In this document: in pieces, positions 1-10,131 of the stretch | Position numbering within the stretch: the stretch's first letter is position 1 | Layout: each line of letters opens with the position of its first letter | Source of the DNA: a virus | Strand: one strand, 5' to 3' | IMG/VR virus record: IMGVR_UViG_3300009709_000003 | Coordinates: 96,709-160,708 of that record | Length of the DNA stretch: 64,000 nt | Made by a program: the position numbers and the translations under genes | The notes under the pieces: model-generated | Seen by the model: only the letters and a program-made list of their open reading frames with translations | Databases searched by the model: none | Told to the model about the DNA's origin: nothing

Positions 1-344
1 ACCCACAGGGACTTGGCAATTATGGTATTACAGGCACGTACGGAGTGCGATTTGCTCAGTGATTTACTTAGAACCGCGTCCAAGCAAGCTAAGATTGATA
101 CCTTGAAGTGGGTCTCTAAGTATTATGGTCATTTTTATTCACAGAATTGGTATGGTAGGACCAAGGACTACTTGAAAACTTATATTGATTTGCGTATTGG
201 TGATCTAGAAAGAGGCAATGATGAGTAATACACTGTTTTATTTCTTGTGCGAAGTATGGCCTATCGGACTTACCATTGGTGTCATTCTTACAGTGGGTGT
301 TTATGCCGCAGTCAATATCTATAGCAAACATGGGAAGAAATCCT

Positions 345-620
345 ATGAGTGAAGTAGAACTTTGGCGTAAAAGCTACATGGCTCGTCTTAAAAGCTATAT
401 CGACACCTACGATTTTGTTAAGATTGCAGCGGCTAGTGAATTGGTTGACGCAGAGAAAATCTTGGCTCAATTGTCCGATATAGACGATGCATACGACCAA
501 CATCATGTGGTAGTGCAAATGGAACGACTGCTACGAGTAATTGATCAGACATATCGTGATGCAAAAGCGATTCTTGGTACCATGCAGAGTATGTTCGATT
601 CGGAAGGAAAGAGGCGTTAG
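345..620 (+). CDS. hypothetical protein
   Basis: ORF within a chain of overlapping + strand genes; likely start MSEVELW at 345. Confidence 0.55.
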   Translation: MSEVELWRKSYMARLKSYIDTYDFVKIAAASELVDAEKILAQLSDIDDAYDQHHVVVQMERLLRVIDQTYRDAKAILGTMQSMFDSEGKRR

Positions 621-744
621 TGATCCGTACTATTGTTGGGCTACTAATTGGTGTTCTAATTGCAATTTCGTTCCCAATTGGTTTTCTGATTGGAAAATGG
701 AATGATAAACGCAATCGAAGACACAATAAACAAGTAGGTGAAAC

Positions 745-981
745 ATGCCTGTAAGTCGTGCCGATCACTTGAAAAAGGTTCTAGCTTCTTGGTGGGATAA
801 CCGAGACGGTGGTACTTTTGAAAGCAGTTATATACTTGAATTAGTAGACGCGGCTATACAAGAAGCCTATGAAAAGGGGCGATCAAAGCCTCATCCCCAC
901 ATTCACAAATGTGAGGAATTCTTTTATGAACCTAGCACAGAGCGACATCACTGCGTAGACTGTGGGAAGCCAGCGTCATGA
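745..981 (+). CDS. hypothetical protein, SRAxxL...EAxxxGR module plus C-terminal Cys/His cluster
   Basis: SRADHLK...LVDAAIQEAYEKGR resembles 2343..2546 and 9721..10131; ends HHCVDCG. Confidence 0.6.
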   Translation: MPVSRADHLKKVLASWWDNRDGGTFESSYILELVDAAIQEAYEKGRSKPHPHIHKCEEFFYEPSTERHHCVDCGKPAS

Positions 982-1371
982 ATGAACCAGGTGAATTGAG
1001 ATATACTTGCGCAGCCTGTTTGGTGAGTAATGTTAAAGGCTGCAAGCGTTGTGCTAAAGAATTGACCACTATTATGGTGGCCCATACCATAGGTACTGCG
1101 GCTATGGAAGCAATGGCCGCTTTTAAAGCACCCCTATTGAAAAAGGAGGACGACGATGAGGATCCCTAAATTTGCATACTGCAGAAAATGCAATAAGACC
1201 GTAAATCACGTCGTAGAAACCACCAATCAGGGGCATGTTATAAACGGTGAACTTTACACTTGGGATCGATTGTTGAAACATGCACTGCCTAAAAGCGATA
1301 GGTTTGCATGGAAAGGTTTTCCAATCCCACCACACAACTGCACACAAGAATTTGGGAAGTAGAGGCGACAG

Positions 1372-2346
1372 ATGAGTAAGAAAAAATTAAGCGAACGAAT
1401 TTCTATTATCAATGGTACCTTGGTTCACCTTGACGCCCCATCTACGATAGCACATGTGGACCATATTATGTTAGCGATTTCTCAGTTGGAGTCCGAAAAC
1501 GAACGTTTACAGGCTGAGAACGAATATATTGAAAGACACCTCGATGAACTTTGCGAAGCCGCCTTGTACTACATGCGCAAAGAGCGCGATGGTTTGGAGG
1601 AGGAACGTAATCACCTGAGAGCAGCACTTACTATCTCTGACTCGAAACTGTTTGAAGCCGACAAAAAGCTTGCAAACGCTAGTACAACGATTAACGATCT
1701 GATTAAGCAACGAGATGAAGCGCGCACAGAACTAGAAAAATATAAAACGCCAGTTTTTGAAGACGTATTGATGCGTAATCAAGAGCTTACTGCCGAATTG
1801 GCTAGAGTGTTGAAGAAAGATGATCAGCTTCTAAAGCGATTGGCTGAAGTTCTAGAATGGGCCAAATGGGCAGTTAAACCTGGAAGCGTTACTATGAATC
1901 AGGACATGCATGAGGAAGTAGCGGGTCTTATCAAGAAGATTGAAAGTAATGAGGTGTCTGCGGAAGAATGTGTACAAGGTATTGGTTCGTTGCTTGGCGA
2001 AGATAAAGATTCGTACACTTGGGAAGAAGTATACAACGCCATGGACCCAAACAGCAAACGCTGCAAACCGACAAAATCATCAGTGGATGATCAAACATAT
2101 GAAACTGTTCAAGTGCCTGTAACTCTCCGCAGATATGCGAACGGTCGGTGGCAAGTAGATGAGAGTGACCTAGTTCCACAAGGTGACAATATAATTGCTG
2201 AAGGTGTAGCCACTTTTGCGATCCCTAAAGCTGAACATAAGACACTCGTGGAACGACTGCGTGCAGTTGGTGCACACAACGTTTTTCCTATTCCTGAAGA
2301 ATTATTGAATGAAGTTGCCGAACTTGAAAACAAGGTGAAGCAATGA
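1372..2346 (+). CDS. coiled-coil hypothetical protein (paralogue of 8865..9746)
   Basis: Heptad-rich N-terminal half; C-terminal region aligns by eye with 8865..9746. Confidence 0.7.
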   Translation: MSKKKLSERISIINGTLVHLDAPSTIAHVDHIMLAISQLESENERLQAENEYIERHLDELCEAALYYMRKERDGLEEERNHLRAALTISDSKLFEADKKLANASTTINDLIKQRDEARTELEKYKTPVFEDVLMRNQELTAELARVLKKDDQLLKRLAEVLEWAKWAVKPGSVTMNQDMHEEVAGLIKKIESNEVSAEECVQGIGSLLGEDKDSYTWEEVYNAMDPNSKRCKPTKSSVDDQTYETVQVPVTLRRYANGRWQVDESDLVPQGDNIIAEGVATFAIPKAEHKTLVERLRAVGAHNVFPIPEELLNEVAELENKVKQ

Positions 2347-2546
2347 GCGACAACAAAAGTAGTAGGGCAGATGAGTTGCGTGAATGGGTAAACTGGTACA
2401 AGTCGTTACATGGAGCAATTCCTGCACATAAAATCTTTAACTTGGAGCCACTAATCGAAGCTGCGTTGGCCGAAGCACGTGAAGCAGGTCGTAAGGAAGA
2501 AGCAGAAGCGATCTATAAAAACTTTAACGTGATGAGAAGGCTATGA
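2343..2546 (+). CDS. hypothetical protein, SRAxxL...EAxxxGR module
   Basis: ATGA overlap with the upstream gene; SRADELREW...IEAALAEAREAGR. Confidence 0.65.
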   Translation: MSDNKSSRADELREWVNWYKSLHGAIPAHKIFNLEPLIEAALAEAREAGRKEEAEAIYKNFNVMRRL

Positions 2547-2833
2547 CACTACCGAAACTAGATACAGCTATGGATGTTTTAGATTGGGCGCGATGGGCCG
2601 ATGAAGACTTTGATTCCATGGGAAGGCTAGTAAAAGGCTTAGACGTAGAAACCGCCGAGTATATAGCAGAGTGCATACGACTTCGAAAGTTATTTGAAAA
2701 TGTGGACAGTTGGGCGGGCGCATGGCCTATGTCCTACGATGAGTATGGCCGGCGTATGGAGTATCTGCGTAACTCGATAAAAAGCCCCGACAGCGACGTA
2801 GATTTAAAACTTGAAAGAGATACAAATAAGTGA
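2543..2833 (+). CDS. hypothetical protein, ETAxxIAECxRLR paralogue family
   Basis: LDTAMDVLDWA...ETAEYIAECIRLR. Confidence 0.7.
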   Translation: MTLPKLDTAMDVLDWARWADEDFDSMGRLVKGLDVETAEYIAECIRLRKLFENVDSWAGAWPMSYDEYGRRMEYLRNSIKSPDSDVDLKLERDTNK

Positions 2834-3017
2834 TAATGTACGGTTTGTTATCACTATTTGTAGGGTATGACACCACACCTCACGATTATCAATTAGGTAG
2901 CAGTCCTGTACACTACGCTGTTGACCTAGAACACAACGTAGTTTGTTACTGGTACGAGTCATCTTTGGGCGCTCCTAGTTTATTCTGTGTACAAATGGAC
3001 CAAAGGGGAAATAGCAA

Positions 3018-3287
3018 ATGAAATCAAAAATTATTAAATGTCTTACTACTCCCCATGGGGTTCTTGACTGGGCGGAAAATGCCTGTACACCGTCTAATTG
3101 GGACGATGAGACAGCGAAATTTATAGCGGAATGCGTACGGTTGCGACTAGCTTTTGAAGCGGCAGAATCGGAAATGCACAATCTACCTCTGGGTGATGCC
3201 AATCGCCAATATGGTGATAGCACGTATAACCATGCCCAACATTGGCTACGTCCATTACGTCAAGCCATTGGCGAGAAATCAAAATGA
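3018..3287 (+). CDS. hypothetical protein, ETAxxIAECxRLR paralogue family
   Basis: LTTPHGVLDWA...ETAKFIAECVRLR. Confidence 0.7.
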   Translation: MKSKIIKCLTTPHGVLDWAENACTPSNWDDETAKFIAECVRLRLAFEAAESEMHNLPLGDANRQYGDSTYNHAQHWLRPLRQAIGEKSK

Positions 3288-3496
3288 AGCCAGACTTGAC
3301 TACCACAGAAGGCGTCATGTGGGCTTTTAACCACTATGCCGCAAATACTTGGTACAATCAGGAAGAAACACGGAAAACTGCTGCCTATATAGCGGAATGC
3401 GTACGCTTACGCCAGACAATCGATAAAACAAAGCAAATTAGCGAAAACCAAGAGCCTATATTATCAAGTTTAGGAGTGTACAATGCGTCCAAGTAA
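3284..3496 (+). CDS. hypothetical protein, ETAxxIAECxRLR paralogue family
   Basis: Start MKPDL at 3284 (ATGA overlap); LTTTEGVMWAF...KTAAYIAECVRLR. Confidence 0.7.
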   Translation: MKPDLTTTEGVMWAFNHYAANTWYNQEETRKTAAYIAECVRLRQTIDKTKQISENQEPILSSLGVYNASK

Positions 3497-3833
3497 AATT
3501 CTAGAAAAAGCAATGGAAGCGATAGAGCATCCTAAACATTGGACGAAAGGACATGCAGCCCGCACTTCCAAAGGTGAAATGTGCTGTACGGGGTATCATG
3601 ATGCCGTGAGTTTTTGTGCGGTTGGTGCGGTTTGCAGGTTAAATTATTTGGTACCACATAGACAGCTAGGCATAGCTATTGAATATCTACATAAAGACGC
3701 GAAGCGTTATGGGTATGAAAATGCTGCCCGAGCGAACGACGATCCAAAGACTACCCATAAACAAGTTCTAGAAGCTTTTAAACGTTGTATCAAAGCCGCC
3801 AAAAAAGCAGAAGTTACACCATGGGAAAGATAA
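3483..3833 (+). CDS. DUF6197-like phage protein
   Basis: WTKG...FCAVGA...ND...HKQVLEAF pattern. Confidence 0.55.
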   Translation: MRPSKILEKAMEAIEHPKHWTKGHAARTSKGEMCCTGYHDAVSFCAVGAVCRLNYLVPHRQLGIAIEYLHKDAKRYGYENAARANDDPKTTHKQVLEAFKRCIKAAKKAEVTPWER

Positions 3834-4073
3834 TTAATAAGATTAAATCTTTATTTCGTAGGAGAGCAAAGATGAACGATGGAAAATCTGCTGCACTCGC
3901 AGCTCGTCTGCAGTATTTGACAGAGGCTACGGCTGAACTCACCAAATTGAATGACAAATTGATAGAGTTACGTGCTGCCCTTGATCACCTAAATTACGTT
4001 ATGGTTAATGCTACTAAACAAGTCAAAACTAAACCTGATAAATTTGAAGAATTGAACTGATCATAGATATGGC

Positions 4074-4841
4074 ATGAGGTATTCACTTCTAGTCATATTT
4101 TTCATAGTTGGTTGCGGTACTGGTTCAGTCTCTCCGACATACACATCAACGGCTATAGACATAACCAACGCGTACGTAGAGACCAACCTACCCTACAATT
4201 TTCAAGACGTTATTCAAGGTGCTGTTGGTGATTGTTGGTTAGTATCAAGCATTGTAGCACTAGCCTTAAACGATCAAAACGCTCTAAATACCGTTGTTAA
4301 TTCTGACGGGCAAAAATACAAAATAAATATATTTGTTGGCAGCAAATGGGCATCTACTGTTGTTGACAGTATAGACGTGGAAAACAGCATCGAAAACGGT
4401 GGATCCATGTGGGGCGACGCAATAGAACAAGGAGTTGCCAATCTTAATAGCGTACTTCATTTCTTGGACGGGGAAAGTGGCGATAGTGGCATCACGGACA
4501 ACGTACCTAGTGCGGCATTTACCATGTTGACCAGCTTGAAGTCAACTCGTGTTGTTGCCTCTGACCCATCACTATGGTATTCTTTGCTGGATAAGAATGG
4601 CACACCGTGTGTCGCAGACACTCTTAGCAACCCATCGGAATCTTATATTATAGGCAGCCATACTTATACTGTTATAGCTAGCGGCTTGTATAAGGGTGTG
4701 GAAGCTGTTATGCTTAGAAATCCATGGAAGTCCAACCCTGTTGGTGGAATTGGCACACCTGAATTACAGCATGTAGGAGTAATCGTGGTTGATTTACAAA
4801 CTTTTAAAAAGAACTTTACAGACATCGAGTGGGTGGAGTGA
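4074..4841 (+). CDS. lipoprotein, calpain-like (peptidase C2) cysteine protease
   Basis: Signal peptide with lipobox IVGC; QGAVGDCWLVS (catalytic Cys), GSHTYTV (His), LRNPW (Asn). Confidence 0.85.
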   Translation: MRYSLLVIFFIVGCGTGSVSPTYTSTAIDITNAYVETNLPYNFQDVIQGAVGDCWLVSSIVALALNDQNALNTVVNSDGQKYKINIFVGSKWASTVVDSIDVENSIENGGSMWGDAIEQGVANLNSVLHFLDGESGDSGITDNVPSAAFTMLTSLKSTRVVASDPSLWYSLLDKNGTPCVADTLSNPSESYIIGSHTYTVIASGLYKGVEAVMLRNPWKSNPVGGIGTPELQHVGVIVVDLQTFKKNFTDIEWVE

Positions 4842-5123
4842 CCGCATGTATCCTGAGCCAGAAGACCATGAATTTAGCACAAGTTTCCGCACACTAATTT
4901 GGGCGACCATAATTATTTGTGTTATTACCATTTTGTTTCGAATTGTGTTCGACGGGAAGCAGGCTATCGCAAAAGCAGAAAATGCTAGAGCGCTACAATA
5001 TGTGGCAGACCATCATTGCGTGATAGAAGATTTGTATGTGTCACTTGAGGATGCGACTATAAAAGGTGTGCCATACGTCTGTCCAAATGGACAAATTATT
5101 TGGATTAAGAAAGTACGTTAGGT

Positions 5124-5387
5124 ATGACCTATTTTCTACTATTTGTAATCGCATGTCTAAATGATACATTGCTTACACGCTACTACATAGAAGCTACGTT
5201 GGGCCACCGTTACAAGTGTATGTTGCTGGTTGCCTGTCAGCAGGTAGTCAGCGGTACGTCAATGTGGTTTACAATCGTCGATGTGAAGTTTGGCTCACGA
5301 GAACAGTTAATTCGATGGGTGGTTGTTGCTATGGGATACGTGATAGCACCTCTTTGGTCTGTTAGACCAGAAAAACCTAGCAAATGA
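5124..5387 (+). CDS. small membrane protein
   Basis: Three hydrophobic segments in 87 aa. Confidence 0.5.
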   Translation: MTYFLLFVIACLNDTLLTRYYIEATLGHRYKCMLLVACQQVVSGTSMWFTIVDVKFGSREQLIRWVVVAMGYVIAPLWSVRPEKPSK

Positions 5388-5590
5388 CTTACAACTCAGC
5401 CTTTGCAGAAGACCTTTCCGGTTTCTTGTGGATGGTTAAAGAAGATCGCCTTGCCGAGTGCATTGACCATCTGCTTTTTATGCAAGCCCAAGGTTTCTTG
5501 ACGAAAGAAGAAGTTACTTGGTGGATAGGCCCTAAAGTGCTCGAAAATTTTGAGGCTCAGCGTCATCACTTTGATCTGTAGGAGTTTAAT

Positions 5591-5824
5591 GTGGGATATA
5601 GCGAACACTCATTTATGGTGAGAGTTGGCTTCTTTAGAGAGAGCGGTAAATGGTACTCCACTGAGGCTGTCAGTATGGAGGGGCATTATAAAATACAAGG
5701 ACCAAAAGAAGCTTTAGCAGCAGCTTTACAGAAACATTTGAATGGTAGGCATAGTGGTATGACTGCTGTATGTCTAGAGCCATACCACGAGTTTAGCTAT
5801 CCGGTTATTGTCAAAATTCCGTAA
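5591..5824 (+). CDS. phage hypothetical protein
   Basis: RBS AGGAG; VRVGFFRESGKWY...CLEPYHEFSYP pattern. Confidence 0.55.
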   Translation: MGYSEHSFMVRVGFFRESGKWYSTEAVSMEGHYKIQGPKEALAAALQKHLNGRHSGMTAVCLEPYHEFSYPVIVKIP

Positions 5825-6065
5825 CATGTAAACAAATTTAAGGAGATTTTATGAGGAAAATTGTTTTTAATTTTAAGGACACAATGGACCAGATTGTTTA
5901 TCGGGTGCACGCTAATTCGTACATTCGAGCCTGTTCTATCATGGATAAATACTTGGGTGGTAGTTTTGTCTATGAAGAAAACATCGATGAATACACTCGA
6001 CCTGGTTCTGGGTACATCGTTCAGGATGTGACTCAAATGGACATCAAGTAATAGGAGATACCTGC

Positions 6066-6698
6066 ATGGCGTATCCACACCATCCTCGGTTTAGAAGTGA
6101 TCTACGCTTTGATTGGTTTACTTCTGATCCTCATTTCCTGCATAAAAATATCATTACATTTGCGAATCGTCCGTTCGGAACGGTTGAGCAGATGGACGCA
6201 GCCATGATCAATGCTTGGAACGATTGTGTGCAACCAGGTCAGAATATTCTTTGCTTGGGTGATTTCAGCCTGTCAAAGGATCAAACTGCTCTGGATCGAA
6301 TTATGAGTCGGCTGCAAGGTAATAAATTTATTATTCCGGGGAACCACGAAGCTTGGCTTAAACATCAACAGTTGCATCACTATTGGACTATTCTCAACGA
6401 TGTTGAGAGGTTTGTATTGATCGACGAGCGCACTCAAGATAAGCACAATTGTATAGCTTCACATTTCCCCTTTTACACATGGGAGGGTGCCCATAAAGGC
6501 AATTTCATGCTACATGGTCACTGTCATAGCAACATCGATGCGGCTAATGCCAATACAACACGTATCGATTTGGGTGTAGATAGTACTGCGAAGTGGACGG
6601 GGTCTTATAGACCGGTCTCTGCGAGAGAAGTATTAACCAAATTGAAGACAAAAGTTTACACACCAGTAGACCATCACGGGTTCAAGAATGAAGATTAA
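6066..6698 (+). CDS. calcineurin-like metallophosphoesterase (phage type)
   Basis: FTSDPHFLHKNII, LGDF, GNHE, SHFP, LHGHCH motifs. Confidence 0.9.
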   Translation: MAYPHHPRFRSDLRFDWFTSDPHFLHKNIITFANRPFGTVEQMDAAMINAWNDCVQPGQNILCLGDFSLSKDQTALDRIMSRLQGNKFIIPGNHEAWLKHQQLHHYWTILNDVERFVLIDERTQDKHNCIASHFPFYTWEGAHKGNFMLHGHCHSNIDAANANTTRIDLGVDSTAKWTGSYRPVSAREVLTKLKTKVYTPVDHHGFKNED

Positions 6699-7449
6699 AC
6701 ACATCGACGACATTCACACCGAATTTCACCGCGATCAAGGTCTTGATTTTGTTACATCTATTGTAAATCCAGGTGATGTGGACGTTCTTACTCTTGGTGG
6801 TGATATCAAGACTGCAAAAGACACTTGCGACCGTCTTAAGCCATTCACTGACGAATTTCCACATGTGGTGTACGTGCTGGGCAATCATGACTACTACGGT
6901 GGTTCAGCACAGCAAGTACATGATGACATTCGCGAGTGGGTTGAAACTAACCACGTTTCAAACTTTTACTTTCTTCACAATGAAAGTAAGAAAATCGACA
7001 ATGTAACCTTTCATGGTACAACCCTGTGGGTACCTAATCCAGGACCCGGCGCGCATCAAATTATATCCAGACGCATGAATGATTTTGTGCAGATTACAGA
7101 CTTGATTAAAGATCCCTACTGGCTCTACAAGCAAAATGAAGATGCCGTATTATTTCTGGCAGACAATATCAAGGAAGGCGATGTGGTAGTCACCCATCAT
7201 CTGCCATCGGCCCAGCTGATTTCCCCTGAGTATGGTGGGTCAGATACAAATTGTGCTTATCACGACAATTTGGATAACTTGATTTTACGGACCAAACCGA
7301 AACTGTGGCTCCATGGTCATTCCCATACTTCGGCACAAATCAAAATTGGTGACACCCTGTGTGTACGTAACCCTTATGGATATTTTGTGGATGAATATTG
7401 GAGTCAAACAAATTCCAACTTCGACTACGATTTGGTGCTAGACGCATAA
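6688..7449 (+). CDS. calcineurin-like metallophosphoesterase
   Basis: DIH, GGDI, GNHDYY, THHLP, HGHSH, NPYGY motifs. Confidence 0.9.
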   Translation: MKIKHIDDIHTEFHRDQGLDFVTSIVNPGDVDVLTLGGDIKTAKDTCDRLKPFTDEFPHVVYVLGNHDYYGGSAQQVHDDIREWVETNHVSNFYFLHNESKKIDNVTFHGTTLWVPNPGPGAHQIISRRMNDFVQITDLIKDPYWLYKQNEDAVLFLADNIKEGDVVVTHHLPSAQLISPEYGGSDTNCAYHDNLDNLILRTKPKLWLHGHSHTSAQIKIGDTLCVRNPYGYFVDEYWSQTNSNFDYDLVLDA

Positions 7450-7719
7450 ATATAAGAAATCTAGGCAATATTATATAGGGTATGCCTTCTCGTTGTAACT
7501 ACGCTTAAAAAGGTTATTTAAAATGTCTAAATTGATGCCGGACATTAAAATTTTGGTTAACGCTGTTCGATCTGTATTGGGCAAGCAATCTACTAAACAC
7601 GTGTCCATTGGTTTGAAGCTATATAAAGATGAGTATGGATACGTTGTAGTCGATAACAATACCGCCTGCAATGGTAAGCTTGTGGCTACAGGCACCCACA
7701 CCTTCACACTTAAATAAAT

Positions 7720-7735
7720 TGGCACGGAATTTGCA
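7720..7735 (+). promoter_or_regulatory. sigma54 (-24/-12) promoter
   Basis: TGGCACGGAATTTGCA matches TGGCAC-N5-TTGCA; intergenic; followed by AGGAG and ATG at 7758. Confidence 0.7.
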
Positions 7736-7757
7736 ATACATCAATATAGGAGTTAAC

Positions 7758-7934
7758 ATGTTCCATCGTAACAAGGGTAAGATCTTTCTGCTGCTAGCCG
7801 CTATCGTAATCGATTGGGTCGTATTTGATGGCAAATACCGGAAAGCCCTAGTCGCCAAGATGCGTGGACTTAAGGATAGTACCGTAGAGTGGTTTCTGTC
7901 ACACCCTGCCGTACAAGAAGAAGACAAGAAATGA
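7758..7934 (+). CDS. small single-TM membrane protein
   Basis: RBS AGGAG then ATG at 7758; IFLLLAAIVIDWVVF. Confidence 0.6.
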   Translation: MFHRNKGKIFLLLAAIVIDWVVFDGKYRKALVAKMRGLKDSTVEWFLSHPAVQEEDKK

Positions 7935-8299
7935 AAACCACGCTGAAAATCTTCGTGGCTTTGTTTGCCCTGGTGGGAATTTTCCTTACCTGGTTGGTGT
8001 GGCCTATCCTACATCTCTTTGGTGTCGTCCTTAAGGCGGCTCCTAGGGTCATGATTATCTTGTTTATGCTTGGACTTGCAACACACGGATACCGGGATTT
8101 GTTTTCGCTCATCCCTACTGTCTCTCAATGTCAATTGAGCGGCATTTTAATGGTGGCCAGTTTCTTGATTGCTGTATATGCCTTCTTTTCAGAAAAATTC
8201 ATGTGGTTTCCTCTGGCATTGATTTTGATGTTGAGTGTGGGCGCGATAGCCGGTACACACGCACGTGATAACAATACATGCCATGCTCAGAAACATTGA
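7931..8299 (+). CDS. multi-pass membrane protein
   Basis: ATGA overlap; about 4 hydrophobic helices. Confidence 0.65.
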   Translation: MKTTLKIFVALFALVGIFLTWLVWPILHLFGVVLKAAPRVMIILFMLGLATHGYRDLFSLIPTVSQCQLSGILMVASFLIAVYAFFSEKFMWFPLALILMLSVGAIAGTHARDNNTCHAQKH

Positions 8300-8310
8300 A
8301 AGGTTTTAAC

Positions 8311-8865
8311 ATGCGTAACATTATCCTGATCCTAGCCTTTTGTACTGGTTGTGCTCATGTACCCCTATATAGTCGAGATACCGGCAAGCCTGATCATAGG
8401 GTATATACTTGCTTGCTTACACAAGCAGAATGTGACCGGGCAGATGTGGCAGCCAAGGTTGTAAACGACTTGGTTGGTCATAAAGTGTTGATTCGTGACG
8501 ATCAAAAGTTTGATTTGGCTATTGTGGCTAATTCTGATAGATTCTTTATGTTTGATAGCCAACCTGCATACCGGGTGAGTGCTAACCAAGTGGACACATT
8601 TATCGAGACATCGTTGGTTGTTAACGACAAGTTTGCCGCATATAACAATGATAATATTGTGGTGTATGTGTCAGCCAATAGCTTAAATGACCGGCAAGAA
8701 TCAGTTATGTTTATGCATGAATTCTTGCACTCGCTTGGATTTGGGCATGTAAATAATGCGATATCAGGCATGAACCCTAAGCAGTCAATCGACGACCTTG
8801 GGTTTACAGAGTATGACTACCAATCTGTACATAACGCTTATAACGGGCTAGACTACACACCATAA
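8311..8865 (+). CDS. lipoprotein, metzincin (matrixin-like) metalloprotease
   Basis: Lipobox CTGC after a hydrophobic leader; HEFLHSLGFGH (HExxHxxGxxH) and Met-turn SGMNP. Confidence 0.85.
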   Translation: MRNIILILAFCTGCAHVPLYSRDTGKPDHRVYTCLLTQAECDRADVAAKVVNDLVGHKVLIRDDQKFDLAIVANSDRFFMFDSQPAYRVSANQVDTFIETSLVVNDKFAAYNNDNIVVYVSANSLNDRQESVMFMHEFLHSLGFGHVNNAISGMNPKQSIDDLGFTEYDYQSVHNAYNGLDYTP

Positions 8866-9746
8866 TGAAAGAGGACCAAATGGGCCACCATAGACTTGAA
8901 GCCGCACAAAACCGCATCGACGACCTTGAAGCCGAGAACAAGCGACTGAAAGATGAATTGAAGGAGCTACGCAATCCTACGAATGTCGGATGGGCTCAGG
9001 TACTCCGTGAGCGCGACGAAGCGTGGACTGCGGCTATAGAGAACGGTAAGTTTATCTACCACATAAGTACCGAACGCGACGCCGCCCTGGCCAAGCTGGA
9101 GAAAGTGCGCGCCGATTTAGAGCGTTTGCGTGCATGCTATGCTGATGTGCACGGTCAACTCGCTTCTGCAGAAGTTGAGCGCAATGACATTCGCAATACA
9201 TTGTCTAATGTGAGTAATTGGGCACATGAGCGCGATCGACCAGACTCTACGCACTCCACCGACGGTTTCTTGACCGCTCAAGCTGAGATTCGTGAGATTC
9301 TTGATGCGCCGCCTGGCGTGGTTCAGGTCGATCCTGAGGATTTGCAAGCTACTATTGAAAAATTCAAAAACTCACCGCGTGGATCATCTGGTGAGTCAAA
9401 ACGTAAAAGTGCAGAGTGGCTCCTTGGAAAGGAAGACACATCTTACGACATCATCGAACGGGAGGTTGTTCTATGCGGTAATGGCCGTTTCGTGAATGGC
9501 GTAGAGGAGCTGTATGTCTCCGAATCATGCCAAGTCGGCAACGTTGCCGGTGAAATCGCACGCGCCACCGTGCAATTTAAAGTTCCGCGCCAGGCTAAGG
9601 CTAGTTTGGCGGATCGCTTGGAATATTTGCTTCGTACAGGTAAGCAGATGCCCGGTACTGATTCCACCTTGGTAGACGAAGTGCGAACGTTGGAGGCCAG
9701 ACAAATGACCCTTTTAAAAGGTGACGAGGAAAATGAGCGTAGTTAG
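8865..9746 (+). CDS. coiled-coil hypothetical protein (paralogue of 1372..2346)
   Basis: Coiled-coil N-terminal half; LLGKEDTSY...GNGRF...FKVP...SLADRL...LVDEVRTLE. Confidence 0.7.
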   Translation: MKEDQMGHHRLEAAQNRIDDLEAENKRLKDELKELRNPTNVGWAQVLRERDEAWTAAIENGKFIYHISTERDAALAKLEKVRADLERLRACYADVHGQLASAEVERNDIRNTLSNVSNWAHERDRPDSTHSTDGFLTAQAEIREILDAPPGVVQVDPEDLQATIEKFKNSPRGSSGESKRKSAEWLLGKEDTSYDIIEREVVLCGNGRFVNGVEELYVSESCQVGNVAGEIARATVQFKVPRQAKASLADRLEYLLRTGKQMPGTDSTLVDEVRTLEARQMTLLKGDEENERS

Positions 9747-10131
9747 TCCACGTGGTTATTGTAAAGCTTGTTGGCAGGTACCAAAGTCATACACGCAATG
9801 GATGGCGATAGCTGCACAATACAAGAACTTGTACCAACTGAGCAGATTGAATGGGGCTCATGAGAACAATATTGAAATGTATTATGATGTATGGAAGGCA
9901 GCTGTAAAAGAAGCTGACTCATTGCTAGATAAGCTGAGTAAGGCGAAAGAGCTGCGTCAGTGGATACAATCTTTAGGATTCAGTGATGCCCGTATTGCCA
10001 ACCGACTTGAACTACTCGAAGCGGCATTTGCCGAAGTATATGCCGAAGGCCGTGAGAGTGTTTGGCAAGATGAGCAGAGAGCAGCTAAAGAACGTTCTGA
10101 CAAGATCAAGAAGGAGCATGGTCTAAAATGA
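9721..10131 (+). CDS. hypothetical protein with C-terminal SRA/SKA...EGR module
   Basis: CxxC near N-terminus; SKAKELRQWI...LLEAAFAEVYAEGR. Confidence 0.6.
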   Translation: MTRKMSVVSPRGYCKACWQVPKSYTQWMAIAAQYKNLYQLSRLNGAHENNIEMYYDVWKAAVKEADSLLDKLSKAKELRQWIQSLGFSDARIANRLELLEAAFAEVYAEGRESVWQDEQRAAKERSDKIKKEHGLK

